DNA of 64,000 bases from Polyangiales bacterium (GTDB lineage Bacteria; Myxococcota_A; Polyangia; Polyangiales; Polyangiaceae). The stretch covers positions 1-64,000 of the forward strand of contig JBBRNJ010000010.1 of the NCBI GenBank assembly GCA_038230375.1, written 5' to 3'. This document shows positions 30,999 through 40,117 of the stretch, in pieces (the first letter of the stretch is position 1; the number at the start of each line of letters is the position of its first letter). A program made the translations under genes and the position numbers. The notes under the pieces were generated by a model. It did not search any database, was not told the DNA's origin, and saw nothing but the letters and a program-made list of their open reading frames with translations.

Positions 30999-31502
30999 AT
31001 GACCATCAAGATCGGCGACCGCATCCCCGACGCCACCCTGTCCGAGACCACCGAGTTCGGCGAGTTCTGCCCCGTGTCCCCGGCGAACATCTCCGTCGCC
31101 GAGGCGATGAAAGGCAAGCGCATCGTTGTCTTCGGGCTTCCCGGCGCGTTCACGCCCACGTGCTCCGCGAAGCACGTGCCTGGCTACCTCGCGAACCTCG
31201 ACGCGCTGAAGGCGAAGAAGGTCGACGAGGTGTGGTGCATCGCCGTGAACGACGGCTTCGTGATGGCAGCATGGGGCCAGAGCGAGAAGGCGATCGGCAA
31301 GATCCGCTTCCTGGGCGACGGCAGCGCGGACCTCACGAAGAAGCTGGGCCTCGAGCTCGACCTCACGGGCGGCGGCATGGGCCTCCGCATGAAGCGCTTC
31401 TCCATGTTCGTGGACGACGGCGTGGTGAAGCAGCTCAACGTCGAGGCGCCCAGCAAGTTCGAAGTGAGCAACGCCGAGACCATCCTCGGCCAGCTCACCT
31501 GA
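30999..31502 (+). CDS. Peroxiredoxin (Prx5/type II)
   Basis: PGAFTPTCS..HVPG, VNDGFVM. Confidence 0.95.
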   Translation: MTIKIGDRIPDATLSETTEFGEFCPVSPANISVAEAMKGKRIVVFGLPGAFTPTCSAKHVPGYLANLDALKAKKVDEVWCIAVNDGFVMAAWGQSEKAIGKIRFLGDGSADLTKKLGLELDLTGGGMGLRMKRFSMFVDDGVVKQLNVEAPSKFEVSNAETILGQLT

Positions 31503-32940
31503 CGGTCACGACACCTGCGCCGCCGAGCGTGACGATCTGATCGAAGCCCACCTCGCGGAGGAGCTCACGATCGTGGGTCGCCACGACGAGGCCGCGGGGC
31601 CATGCACGAAGAGCCTGGATCAGCGCGGCCTGACCGAGCAGATCCAGGCTGAACGTGGGCTCGTCGAGCACCAGCACATCCACGGGTGGGCTGCGGACGA
31701 ACAGGCAGATGAGCGCGGCGCGCACCCGCTCGCCGGGGCTGAGCGACCTCATCGGCCGCTCCGCGAGCGCGAGCGGGAAGCCATGTGCGACCAGCAGCTT
31801 CGCCAGCTCCTCGGGCGAGCTCGCGGGTGTGTGCGCCGAGAGCTCGGAGAGCAGTGGCTCGTCCGTCATCCAGTTCGTGCCTCCCTGAGCGATCTCGCCC
31901 ATCGCCGATGCGTCGGTGCGTACGAGCCCAGTCGTGGGCGCGCGCCTTCGCATGATGATGTCGAGCAGCGTGGTCTTGCCGGCGCCGTTCGGCCCGACCA
32001 CCGCGATGCGCCGCGTTCCCGCGACAACGTCCACGTGCGTGAACAGCACGCGACCGTCCACCGCGGCCGACACGTCTCGCAAGACGATCGGCGCGGCGGC
32101 CTCTCCGCCCGCATGCAGCGACGCCTGGAGCGAGAGCGGCAGACGCACCAGGAGCGCGCGACGCGTCGACTTTGCGAATGACCGCACGGCGTCAAGGCGC
32201 GCTTGCCGCGTGAGCGCGGACTTGCCGTGGGACACCTGTGCGTCGCTACGCTTCTGATTGAGGCGCGCGCGAGAGGTGCATCGCGCGAGCTCGCGTGAGC
32301 GCCCAAACTGCTTCTTTCGAGCCTTCCTGCGCGCGAGGTGCAGCGTGTGTTCCTCGCGCACCGCGAGACCGTGGAGATTCCTGAGGTACCGCAGCTCGCC
32401 TGACTCTTGCTCGCGGGCTTGCTCACGTTGCAGCTCCGCAAGCGTGCCGGAGAAGTAGCGACAACCCGACTCCCGGATGCAGAAGAAATGCTCCATGTCG
32501 CCGAGCAGCCGGCGATCGTGGCTCGCGAGCACGACGCCGCCAGTGAACGACCGCAGCCATGCGCGGAGCCACAGGGCCGCGTCGTCATCCAGATCGCTCG
32601 TGGGCTCATCCAGCAAGAGCACGTCCGCGCCTGACTGCCTTGCCTCCATCAAGCGCAACCTCCGGACCTGGCCCGCGCTCATGCCCAGAACGCAATCGAG
32701 CACCTGCGGCACCAGGTGCGTCCTTCCTCGCCGCAGCACCCTCTCGTGTGGAGTGCTGCCGGCGAGCACCGACAGCAGCGTGGATTTTCCCACGCCGTTG
32801 CGGCCGACCAGCGCGACGTGCTCGCGGCCCAGGGAGAGCCGAAGGCCCTCCACGAGCGTTCGACCGCCATCCGCCTGGATGCGCGCATCCGCCACCACGA
32901 TGAGCGGCTCGTCCTGCTTCGCGTGGGTCGTCGCTCTCAT
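31495..32940 (-). CDS. ABC-F family ribosome-associated ATPase
   Basis: Two NBDs (GRNGVGKS/LLLDEPT/SHD and GPNGAGKT/LSPGE/LDEPT/THD), no TM domain, basic linker. Confidence 0.88.
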   Translation of the reverse strand: MRATTHAKQDEPLIVVADARIQADGGRTLVEGLRLSLGREHVALVGRNGVGKSTLLSVLAGSTPHERVLRRGRTHLVPQVLDCVLGMSAGQVRRLRLMEARQSGADVLLLDEPTSDLDDDAALWLRAWLRSFTGGVVLASHDRRLLGDMEHFFCIRESGCRYFSGTLAELQREQAREQESGELRYLRNLHGLAVREEHTLHLARRKARKKQFGRSRELARCTSRARLNQKRSDAQVSHGKSALTRQARLDAVRSFAKSTRRALLVRLPLSLQASLHAGGEAAAPIVLRDVSAAVDGRVLFTHVDVVAGTRRIAVVGPNGAGKTTLLDIIMRRRAPTTGLVRTDASAMGEIAQGGTNWMTDEPLLSELSAHTPASSPEELAKLLVAHGFPLALAERPMRSLSPGERVRAALICLFVRSPPVDVLVLDEPTFSLDLLGQAALIQALRAWPRGLVVATHDRELLREVGFDQIVTLGGAGVVTVR

Positions 32941-34310
32941 CGCGTCCGCCCCTGGAGCCGAGCTCTAATCTGGCCCACGGCCTGCGCGGGCCCCTGGAAC
33001 GTGAGCTGCAGTCCGGTCTCCGTTGCATCGCTCTCGGTGACGCGACACCTCGCGTAGATCAACGCCAGGACCTCCGAAGCCTCGTACGGCACGAGCATCG
33101 ACACGGGCTCCTCGCCGTCTCGCGCCGCCGAGATGAGCGCGTTGCTCAGGTCAGCGACCGCGCGTGTGTCATGGCTGGAGAGCGCGCGCCACGGGCTCTC
33201 GGCACAGAGCGATGCGATCTCGCGTTCGTCGATCGCCTCGACGCGATCGCGCTTGTTCCACACATAGAAGCGTGGAACGTGCTCCGCGCCGAGCCTCGCG
33301 AGCACGGCGTGCGTCGTCTCCAGGTGCAGCGCGCGCTCGTGGTCGCTCGCGTCGACGACGATCACGAGCAAAGAAGCCTCCGTGATCTCCTGCAGCGTGG
33401 AGTCGAAGCTCGCGAGCAGCCGCTCCGGCAACCTGCGAATGAAGCCGACGGTGTCGCTCAGCACGACGTCGCCCCCATGTCGGGTAAGGCAGCGGCTGGT
33501 GGTGTCCAGCGTCTCGAAAGGCACGTCCCGTGCGGACAGCTCCGTGGACGCGAGCGCATTCATCAGCGACGTCTTCCCGGCGTTGGTATAGCCGACCAGC
33601 ACGATGCGCTTCGCACTGCCGCGGAGGTGCCGCTGCGTCTCGCCCGAGGTCAGGAGCTTCCGGAGCGCCTTCTGCAGCTCGAACGACCGCGCATCCAGCT
33701 TTCGCGCAAGGAGCTCCGAGGCCGTTTCTCCGGGCCCGCGTGCTCCCGCCATGCCGCCTGCCTGCTGGTCCATGTTGATGCCCACGCCGCGGATGCGCGG
33801 CTTCAGCCACTCGAGCTGCGCGAGCTCCACCTGGATGCGTGCGCGTCGCGTTCGCGCATGGCGGAGGAACACGTTGAGGATGATGCCCTCGCGGTCGCAC
33901 ACGGGCAGCTTCGCGACGTCCTCCAGGTTTCGCGTCTGCGAAGGCGTGAGCTCCGCATCCAGGACGAGCATGTTGCTTCCGCACGCACGTGCGCGCGCTG
34001 CGAGCTCCTCTGCTACGCCCTTCCCGAGCAACGTGCGCGGGTCGGGCTCTGCCATGTGACGGATCTCTGCTCCCACGACGCGGTCGCCCGTGCTCTTCGT
34101 GAGCGCGACGATCTCGTGGAGCTGCGCGACGCGTATTCGCGGATCGCGTTCGCGTCCAACGGACACGACGTAGTCGTCGTTCCCGCCTTCACGCGGCGAT
34201 GCGGGGAGGCCTTTTTCCTGCCACTCCGCGACAAGCTTCTCCCAGCGACCCTCGTCGGCAAGGGGCACCTCTGCGTGCTCCGAAATGGGCTTCGAATCGA
34301 ACCTGAGCAT
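32937..34310 (-). CDS. hflX: GTPase HflX
   Basis: ELTPSQTRNLE, QVELAQL, RGPGET, GYTNAGKTS, FETLDTT, DTVGF, NKRD; GAAGGAG RBS. Confidence 0.93.
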   Translation of the reverse strand: MLRFDSKPISEHAEVPLADEGRWEKLVAEWQEKGLPASPREGGNDDYVVSVGRERDPRIRVAQLHEIVALTKSTGDRVVGAEIRHMAEPDPRTLLGKGVAEELAARARACGSNMLVLDAELTPSQTRNLEDVAKLPVCDREGIILNVFLRHARTRRARIQVELAQLEWLKPRIRGVGINMDQQAGGMAGARGPGETASELLARKLDARSFELQKALRKLLTSGETQRHLRGSAKRIVLVGYTNAGKTSLMNALASTELSARDVPFETLDTTSRCLTRHGGDVVLSDTVGFIRRLPERLLASFDSTLQEITEASLLVIVVDASDHERALHLETTHAVLARLGAEHVPRFYVWNKRDRVEAIDEREIASLCAESPWRALSSHDTRAVADLSNALISAARDGEEPVSMLVPYEASEVLALIYARCRVTESDATETGLQLTFQGPAQAVGQIRARLQGRTR

Positions 34311-34442
34311 GAGTATCTCCTTCGAACGTCAGTGTTGAGCGCGGCCTTTTCCTCCACTCGAGCGGGATCTCTGTCGGCATGCGGGACGTCGTGCGATGTG
34401 CACGGCCAGCGGCCAGCGACAGGACTCGAGGGACTCAGGGGC

Positions 34443-34466
34443 TCAGACGAACGAAAGATGAAACAT
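34443..34466 (-). CDS. Putative leader peptide MFHLSFV
   Basis: ATG TTT CAT CTT TCG TTC GTC TGA between the promoter match and a hairpin upstream of hflX. Confidence 0.55.
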   Translation of the reverse strand: MFHLSFV

Positions 34467-34480
34467 GGCGATCGACGTGC

Positions 34481-34508
34481 AGCTTAGCTCTGGATCGCGC
34501 TTCGTCAA
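34481..34508 (-). promoter_or_regulatory. Putative sigma70 promoter TTGACG-16-TAAGCT for hflX operon
   Basis: Sequence match upstream of the leader ORF. Confidence 0.55.
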
Positions 34509-36394
34509 GGATGCGTGCGCGCGACCACCCGCTCGATCGCGTCGACGAGCTCGCTGCGCCCGCAGGGCTTCCTGAGCACGCGCGAGCCCAGTCGCTCGAT
34601 GAGCTCCTCGTCCGATTCGCCGCGCGCGCCTCCCGTGATGAGCAGCGTACGGTCTGCCAGCGGCGAGCCCGCGGCGCGCAGGTCAAGGAGAAGCCGCTCG
34701 CCCCCGCCGTCGGGCATGGTCAGGTCGCAGATCACCGCGTCGTAGCGCTCGCGAGCCGCGCGCTCGAGCGCGTCCTTCACCGTGGACGCCGTGTCGACGT
34801 CGCAGTGAGGGCCCAGCTGTCGCGCGTGCATCGAGAGGACCTGTGGATCGTCGTCCACCAGGAGCACGCGTCGTCGCTTCTCCGTGCGTGCAGGCGACGC
34901 ACTTGCCGCCTCCGTCTTGGGCGCCCCCGCGGCGTCGAGCTCGATGGAGAGCTCCGAGCCACGGCCAAGGGTGGACTCCACCCGCATCTCGCCCCTCATC
35001 GCGGTCACGAACGTGGAGGAGACCGCAAGACCAAGCCCGGTGCCGAGCCCCGCTGGCTTCGTGCTGAAGAACGGCTCGAACAGCCGCTCCTTCGTCGAGG
35101 CGCTCATGCCAACGCCGTTGTCCGTAACGGCGATGCGGACCTTGCGTGCGCCGCCTTGCGCGTGCGCCTCCACGCGCACCTCCACACGGCCATCCTTCTG
35201 GCCATCCGGGATGGCCTGGACACCGTTCTGAACGAGGTTTTCGATGACCTGCTCGAGCATCGTGTGTTCGCCGGTGGCGAAGGTGCCATCCGGGCAATCG
35301 ATGTCGATCTTCACGGCCCCGCGCGAGGAGGCCCGCGCGGTCTCGACCGCAGCGCGCACGCACGCGCCGACGTCGATGGTGACCCGCGCGTCCTGCGCCC
35401 GCGTCCGCGAGCCGGCCTGCTGCAGCTGCTTGACGATGCGTGCGACGCGGCGCGCCGCCTCGAGCGAGTCGGTGAGGCAGGCGTGCTCCTCCTCCGTCAG
35501 GCTGCCAACGGGTCGGGCCTCTTGCAGCACGGTCAGGTTGCCGATGACCGCGGAGATCGGGTTGTTGATCTCGTGCGCGACGCCTCCGGCAAGCTGCCCC
35601 AGCGTCGCAAGCCGCTCCGTCTGACGAAGCGTCTCGGTGGCCTTCTCGAGCGCAGCAGTCCGCTCCTTCACCCGCTGCTCCAGATCGAGCGCGAGGCGAT
35701 CCAGCGAGTTCGCCGTGCCGATGAAGCCGCGCGTGAAGTCTGCACCGACACAGAGGATCGCCGCGAAGAAGAACGGCCCCGCAACATAGGGCGGTGACAG
35801 GTAGGCCGCGCTGACGAGCACGTCGTGGACCGCGCCCGCGAACAGAAGGCCCAGCGCGGCCACGTGGTAGAAGGTCACGTCGCCCTTGCGTACGTCCTTG
35901 AGGTAACGGCCGAGCGCCAGGCCCATCACCACCATGAGCACTGCAAATGCGACGTTGCCTGCGGCGGTGGGCTGCACGTCGTAGTACCGAATGGAGCCGA
36001 GCTGTGACGCGCGTTCGACCTCGCCCGGCACGAAGGCAACGCCGGGGATCGCACTTGCAACGCCCGTGATGGTGAGCAAAGAGAGCAGCACGCGATCGAG
36101 CGTGTCGACGGCGGTGTTCTGCAGCAGGCGCGTTCGCAGCAGGATCCACGCGCCGATGTGGAGCGACAGCGACGCCACATCAAGGCCGTTCGCTGCGGAA
36201 CGCCAGAAGCCGGGCACACCAGGGATGGCGGTGTGCAGGTCGAAGAAGAAGTAGCTCACGCCCGAGCCGCCGATCCACGCGATCAGCCGTATGCGTCGCC
36301 AGCGTGGAGCGCGCGACAGAGACCAGGCCAACGCCGCAACGCCAAGCGCCGCGACGCCCCCCGCCACGTCCAGTAGTGCGCCGGCCTGAAGCAT
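34505..36394 (-). CDS. Hybrid sensor histidine kinase / receiver with multi-TM N-terminus
   Basis: GGVAHEINNP, DNGVGM, FFSTK..GTGLGL, LLVDDD, CDLTMP, KP. Confidence 0.93.
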   Translation of the reverse strand: MLQAGALLDVAGGVAALGVAALAWSLSRAPRWRRIRLIAWIGGSGVSYFFFDLHTAIPGVPGFWRSAANGLDVASLSLHIGAWILLRTRLLQNTAVDTLDRVLLSLLTITGVASAIPGVAFVPGEVERASQLGSIRYYDVQPTAAGNVAFAVLMVVMGLALGRYLKDVRKGDVTFYHVAALGLLFAGAVHDVLVSAAYLSPPYVAGPFFFAAILCVGADFTRGFIGTANSLDRLALDLEQRVKERTAALEKATETLRQTERLATLGQLAGGVAHEINNPISAVIGNLTVLQEARPVGSLTEEEHACLTDSLEAARRVARIVKQLQQAGSRTRAQDARVTIDVGACVRAAVETARASSRGAVKIDIDCPDGTFATGEHTMLEQVIENLVQNGVQAIPDGQKDGRVEVRVEAHAQGGARKVRIAVTDNGVGMSASTKERLFEPFFSTKPAGLGTGLGLAVSSTFVTAMRGEMRVESTLGRGSELSIELDAAGAPKTEAASASPARTEKRRRVLLVDDDPQVLSMHARQLGPHCDVDTASTVKDALERAARERYDAVICDLTMPDGGGERLLLDLRAAGSPLADRTLLITGGARGESDEELIERLGSRVLRKPCGRSELVDAIERVVARTHP

Positions 36395-36439
36395 GCGACC
36401 CCAAGAGTGTACGTCAGGGAGGCGCGGAATACGCTGTGG

Positions 36440-36748
36440 TCAGGACGGGCGCGGTGCGTTTCGTATCGGCAGCTCGTTCGCCGCGTCGATGGCGGAGTTA
36501 GGCGCCGCAGTCGGAGCTTCGTTCGCCTCTGGTCGTTTGGTGGTGTCCGTCATCAGCCACGATTTCACGCGGGTTCGTGCGTCGTTGCTGAAGATGAGCG
36601 CGCCGATCCCAACGCCGATGCCCATGCCGATGACCAGCGGCCATCCAGTCGTGCGCCGCGAGTTCTCCCTCGATCGGAGGAGCCGGTCGCCTGCGCCAGC
36701 GAGATCGATCGCCAGTCGCATTCCGTCGGAGATGTTCTTGAAGTTCAT
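36440..36748 (-). CDS. Small single-TM protein (YtxH-like)
   Basis: GMGIGVGIGALIF segment; TGATG coupling to upstream ORF. Confidence 0.65.
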   Translation of the reverse strand: MNFKNISDGMRLAIDLAGAGDRLLRSRENSRRTTGWPLVIGMGIGVGIGALIFSNDARTRVKSWLMTDTTKRPEANEAPTAAPNSAIDAANELPIRNAPRPS

Positions 36749-37074
36749 CAGGGCTTGCCCTTCCTCTCGTCGCGCCTGTGCTCCGCGGCTGTCGCCACTT
36801 CCTTCGCGCTGTGTCCGACCTTCTCGGCCGCCTCTTGCGCGGTGTGCAGCACCTTCGAGGCAACCTCCTTCAGCGCGTGACCAGCCTTCTCGACGCCCTC
36901 CTGGATGCGGTGCTCGCTCTTGTCAGCCAGGGTCTCCGCTGCGCCGCTCGCCTCCGTCGCCGCGGCGTCGGCCTTGTCCGCGAGCTCGTTGACCTTCGCG
37001 CCCGCCTTGGACGCGAGCTCCTTGGCTTTGTTTGCGATGTCGTCGATCTTGGAATTGATGTCCGAGGTTCCCAT
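36748..37074 (-). CDS. Ala/Lys/Glu-rich LEA/general-stress-like protein
   Basis: AAGGAG RBS; amphipathic repeats. Confidence 0.7.
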   Translation of the reverse strand: MGTSDINSKIDDIANKAKELASKAGAKVNELADKADAAATEASGAAETLADKSEHRIQEGVEKAGHALKEVASKVLHTAQEAAEKVGHSAKEVATAAEHRRDERKGKP

Positions 37075-37113
37075 GACAGCTCCTTGCGTCGATTGGTATG
37101 GACTGCCCGTAGG

Positions 37114-37129
37114 AGCATGATGTGTTCCA
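37114..37129 (-). promoter_or_regulatory. Putative sigma54 promoter TGGAACACATCATGCT
   Basis: GG-N10-GC spacing upstream of ATG 37074. Confidence 0.55.
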
Positions 37130-37277
37130 CCGTTGCGACGGCGGTTTGCCTGCAGGGGTCGCAAGCCGCTGTGGCATTGTGCGACTCGAGCGGCACCGGC
37201 GCAGGGCATTCGTGCCCCTTTCGTGGCGGGATTGTCGTAGGCTGGCCTCCTTCCGAAGACGTTCGAAGAGGGCACTG

Positions 37278-37628
37278 ATGAAACGATCTCGTTCGCTACT
37301 GTTCACGCCGTTCATTCTTGCCGCATGTGGGGGAAGCTTTCCCGTCCCCACGGAGCGGCTCTCGTCTGCGGAGGGCGGTACCCGCACCGCCCACGAGCTG
37401 AACGCGGAGGGCGATCCGCAGGCCGCGCTCCATCTGAAGCTCGCGAACGAGCAGATCGAGAAGGCGAAGGCGGCGATGAAGAACGACGACAACAAGGCGG
37501 CAGACCTGCTCCTTCAGCGCGCGAGCGCGGACGCAGAGCTCTCGGTGCAGCTCGCGAAGGGCGCGAAGGCCAAGGCAGATGCGCAGGCTGCGCAAGATCG
37601 CGCCGCGGCTCTGCGAGGAGGGAAGTGA
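37278..37628 (+). CDS. DUF4398-like lipoprotein
   Basis: LAAC lipobox; A.LHLKLA.EQ, A.ADAEL pattern; coupled to OmpA gene. Confidence 0.8.
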   Translation: MKRSRSLLFTPFILAACGGSFPVPTERLSSAEGGTRTAHELNAEGDPQAALHLKLANEQIEKAKAAMKNDDNKAADLLLQRASADAELSVQLAKGAKAKADAQAAQDRAAALRGGK

Positions 37629-38506
37629 TGAAGACGAAGATCAGCTACTCACGCTCCGCGCTCCTGGTGGCCGCGCTCGCCGCGTCCGTTGCCTGCCTTG
37701 CCGGTGTCGCCGGATGTGGCGCCGCCATCCCTCCGCCCGAGCTCGTGGCGGCGCGCACGGCATACAAGAAGGCCGCCGACGGCCCCGCGAACAAGGAGAG
37801 CCCCGCGCAGGTGCACGAAGCGCAGCTCGCGCTCGACGTGGCCGAGAAGAAATGGGCTGAAATTCCCGACTCGGCGGAGGTCAAGGATCTCGCCTACGTC
37901 GCGCAGCGGAAGGCGGAGCTCGCAGAGGCCACCGCCGACACCAGCCTCGCGATGAAGCAGAAGGATATGTCCGAGCGCGGCGCGCAGCAGGCCCAGGTCG
38001 ACGCGCTTCGCAGCACGCAGGACCAGCTCACGAAGACCAAAGAGGAGCTCGAGCGCGAGAAGCAGCGCCGCGCCGACGCAGAGAAGCGGGCCGCACAGGC
38101 CATGGCGGACCTCCAGAAGATCGCTGCGGTGAAGCAGGACTCGCGCGGCGTGGTCATCACGCTCTCCGGCGGCGTGCTCTTCAAGACGGGCGAGTCAAAG
38201 CTCTTGCCCGCGGCGATGGCGCAGCTCAATCAGGTGGCAGACGCGCTCAGCGGCAACAACCCGGACGCGACCATCGAGGTCGACGGCTACACCGACAACC
38301 AGGGCAAGGACGCCACGAACCGCGAGCTCTCGCAGAAGCGCGCGACCTCCGTCGCCGACTACATCGTGTCACGCGGCATCGCAAAGGACCGCGTGAAGGC
38401 CGTGGGCAAGGGCTCGGACAGCCCGATCGCGGACAACACCTCCACCGAAGGCCGAGCCCAGAACCGCCGCGTCGAAATCGTAGTAGGCGGCGGCGCCGCG
38501 AAGTAA
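37628..38506 (+). CDS. OmpA-family lipoprotein with coiled coil
   Basis: VAGC lipobox; VLFKTG, GYTDNQG, LSQKRA, NRRVEI. Confidence 0.92.
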   Translation: MKTKISYSRSALLVAALAASVACLAGVAGCGAAIPPPELVAARTAYKKAADGPANKESPAQVHEAQLALDVAEKKWAEIPDSAEVKDLAYVAQRKAELAEATADTSLAMKQKDMSERGAQQAQVDALRSTQDQLTKTKEELEREKQRRADAEKRAAQAMADLQKIAAVKQDSRGVVITLSGGVLFKTGESKLLPAAMAQLNQVADALSGNNPDATIEVDGYTDNQGKDATNRELSQKRATSVADYIVSRGIAKDRVKAVGKGSDSPIADNTSTEGRAQNRRVEIVVGGGAAK

Positions 38507-38590
38507 CGCGCCGCCATGCGTGGCGTCACGCGCCGCCATGCGTGGCGTCACGCGCCGCCATGCGTGGCGTCACGCGCCGCCATGCGTGGC
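38506..38590. repeat. 22-bp tandem repeat ACGCGCCGCCATGCGTGGCGTC, nearly 4 copies
   Basis: Directly visible; each unit holds a CGCCA-TGCG-TGGCG hairpin. Confidence 0.95.
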
Positions 38591-38692
38591 CACGTCGAAG
38601 GCGCAGCTCAAGCAGGCCCGCGTCGCCCTCTACGTTCGTCAGCATGGCGGGTCCAGTAAAGGTAGAGTGACGAGGTGTCGCACGCCGCCACC

Positions 38693-40045
38693 ATGTCTCC
38701 GCGCCGCTGGGCCACGAGCTTTCTCTCCCTGGTCGTGGTCTTCGGTCTGCTCTACGCGGCAAGCCGCGCGGCCCCGGATGATCACGGCGCCCTCGGGACG
38801 ATCTCGGCTGTCGGGTTTCTGCTCCTTGGTGGGGCCCTCCTCGCCGAGGTGCTCGAGCCGCTGCGCGTTCCGCACCTCACTGGCTACCTCGCGGTCGGCA
38901 TCATCGGTGGGCCGTATGTTCTTCACCTGATCGACCACGAGTCCGTGCAGCTCCTGAGCCGCGTGAACTCGCTCGCGCTCGCGCTCATCTCGCTTGCGGG
39001 CGGCGCGCAGCTTCGCGTGCGTGGACTGCGCGAAGCGTGGAAGAGCCTGGCCCTGACCAACGTCGTGCAGACCGTGGCGGGCATCGTGCTCGTCGGGGCC
39101 ACCTTCGTCGCGGCCCGCTCGCTCATGCCGTTCACCCGCACCATGTCGCTCGGTGCGCTCGTCGGCTTCGCGCTCCTGTGGGGCGTGCTCGCAACCACGC
39201 GCAGTCCCTCCGCCGTCCTGGCCGTGCTCTCGCAGACACGCGCAACTGGCCCGCTGACGCGGTATTCGATCGGCGCGGTCATGACGTCGGGAATCGTCGT
39301 CGTGGTCGTGCTGGCCGCGGCGCTGACCTTGGCGAAGCCGCTGATCACGCCCGGAGCGACGCTGCAGAGCAGCGCATTCACCGCGCTCGGACACGCGCTC
39401 CTTGGCAGCATTTCGATCGGCACGACGCTCGGTCTGGTGATGGCAGCGTACGTCAAGCTCGTGGGCAAGCAGCTCGTCGTCGTCCTGCTCGCCCTCGGGT
39501 TCGGCGCCTCCGAGATCCTCGCATACCTGAGCTTCGATCCGCTGTTGACCTTCATGGTCGCAGGCTTCGTGGTCCAGAACCTCTCGCAGCAAGGCGACAA
39601 GCTGCTCCACGAGATCGAGCAGACGGGCGGCATCGTCTACGTCGTGTTCTTCGCGACGGCCGGCGCCCACCTCGATATCCCGCTGCTCAGCAAGGTGTGG
39701 CCCGTCACGTTGCTCCTGTGCGGCGTCCGCTTCGTCGTCATCTACGTGGGCACGTCCGTGGCCGGGGCGATCACGAAGGACGAACCCCGGATCGCGCGCT
39801 GGGGATGGACGTCCCTCGTACCGCAAGCGGGGCTCGCGCTCGGCGTCGCCGCGCTCGTGGAGCGAGAGTTCCCGGGGCCAGGTTCGGACTTCAAATCACT
39901 CGGGTTCGCGGCCGCGGCGTTGAACGAGGTGCTTGGGCCCATCCTGTTCAAGATCGCCCTCGATCGCACGGGGGAGTCCCGCGGCCCGACCACCTCCGTG
40001 CCCGATGCAGCTGAAGCCACCGCCGCAGCCGATCTGCCGCACTAG
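38693..40045 (+). CDS. Cation:proton antiporter (CPA2-like)
   Basis: LRVPHLTGYLAVGIIGGP, FFATAGAHLD, PQAGLALG, many TM helices. Confidence 0.88.
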   Translation: MSPRRWATSFLSLVVVFGLLYAASRAAPDDHGALGTISAVGFLLLGGALLAEVLEPLRVPHLTGYLAVGIIGGPYVLHLIDHESVQLLSRVNSLALALISLAGGAQLRVRGLREAWKSLALTNVVQTVAGIVLVGATFVAARSLMPFTRTMSLGALVGFALLWGVLATTRSPSAVLAVLSQTRATGPLTRYSIGAVMTSGIVVVVVLAAALTLAKPLITPGATLQSSAFTALGHALLGSISIGTTLGLVMAAYVKLVGKQLVVVLLALGFGASEILAYLSFDPLLTFMVAGFVVQNLSQQGDKLLHEIEQTGGIVYVVFFATAGAHLDIPLLSKVWPVTLLLCGVRFVVIYVGTSVAGAITKDEPRIARWGWTSLVPQAGLALGVAALVEREFPGPGSDFKSLGFAAAALNEVLGPILFKIALDRTGESRGPTTSVPDAAEATAAADLPH

Positions 40046-40117
40046 CCCCCGCGCAGACCGCTCGCGTGGAAGGCGCAAGTGCTGACGCTCGGGCCCGCAC
40101 GTGCCATAACCACGCGC

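Noticed and set aside
38506..38590. Possible CRISPR array
   Set aside because: Units are contiguous with no spacers and there are no cas genes
40090..40105. Sigma54 promoter upstream of the histidine kinase
   Set aside because: GG-N10-GC spacing only, poor match to the rest of the consensus
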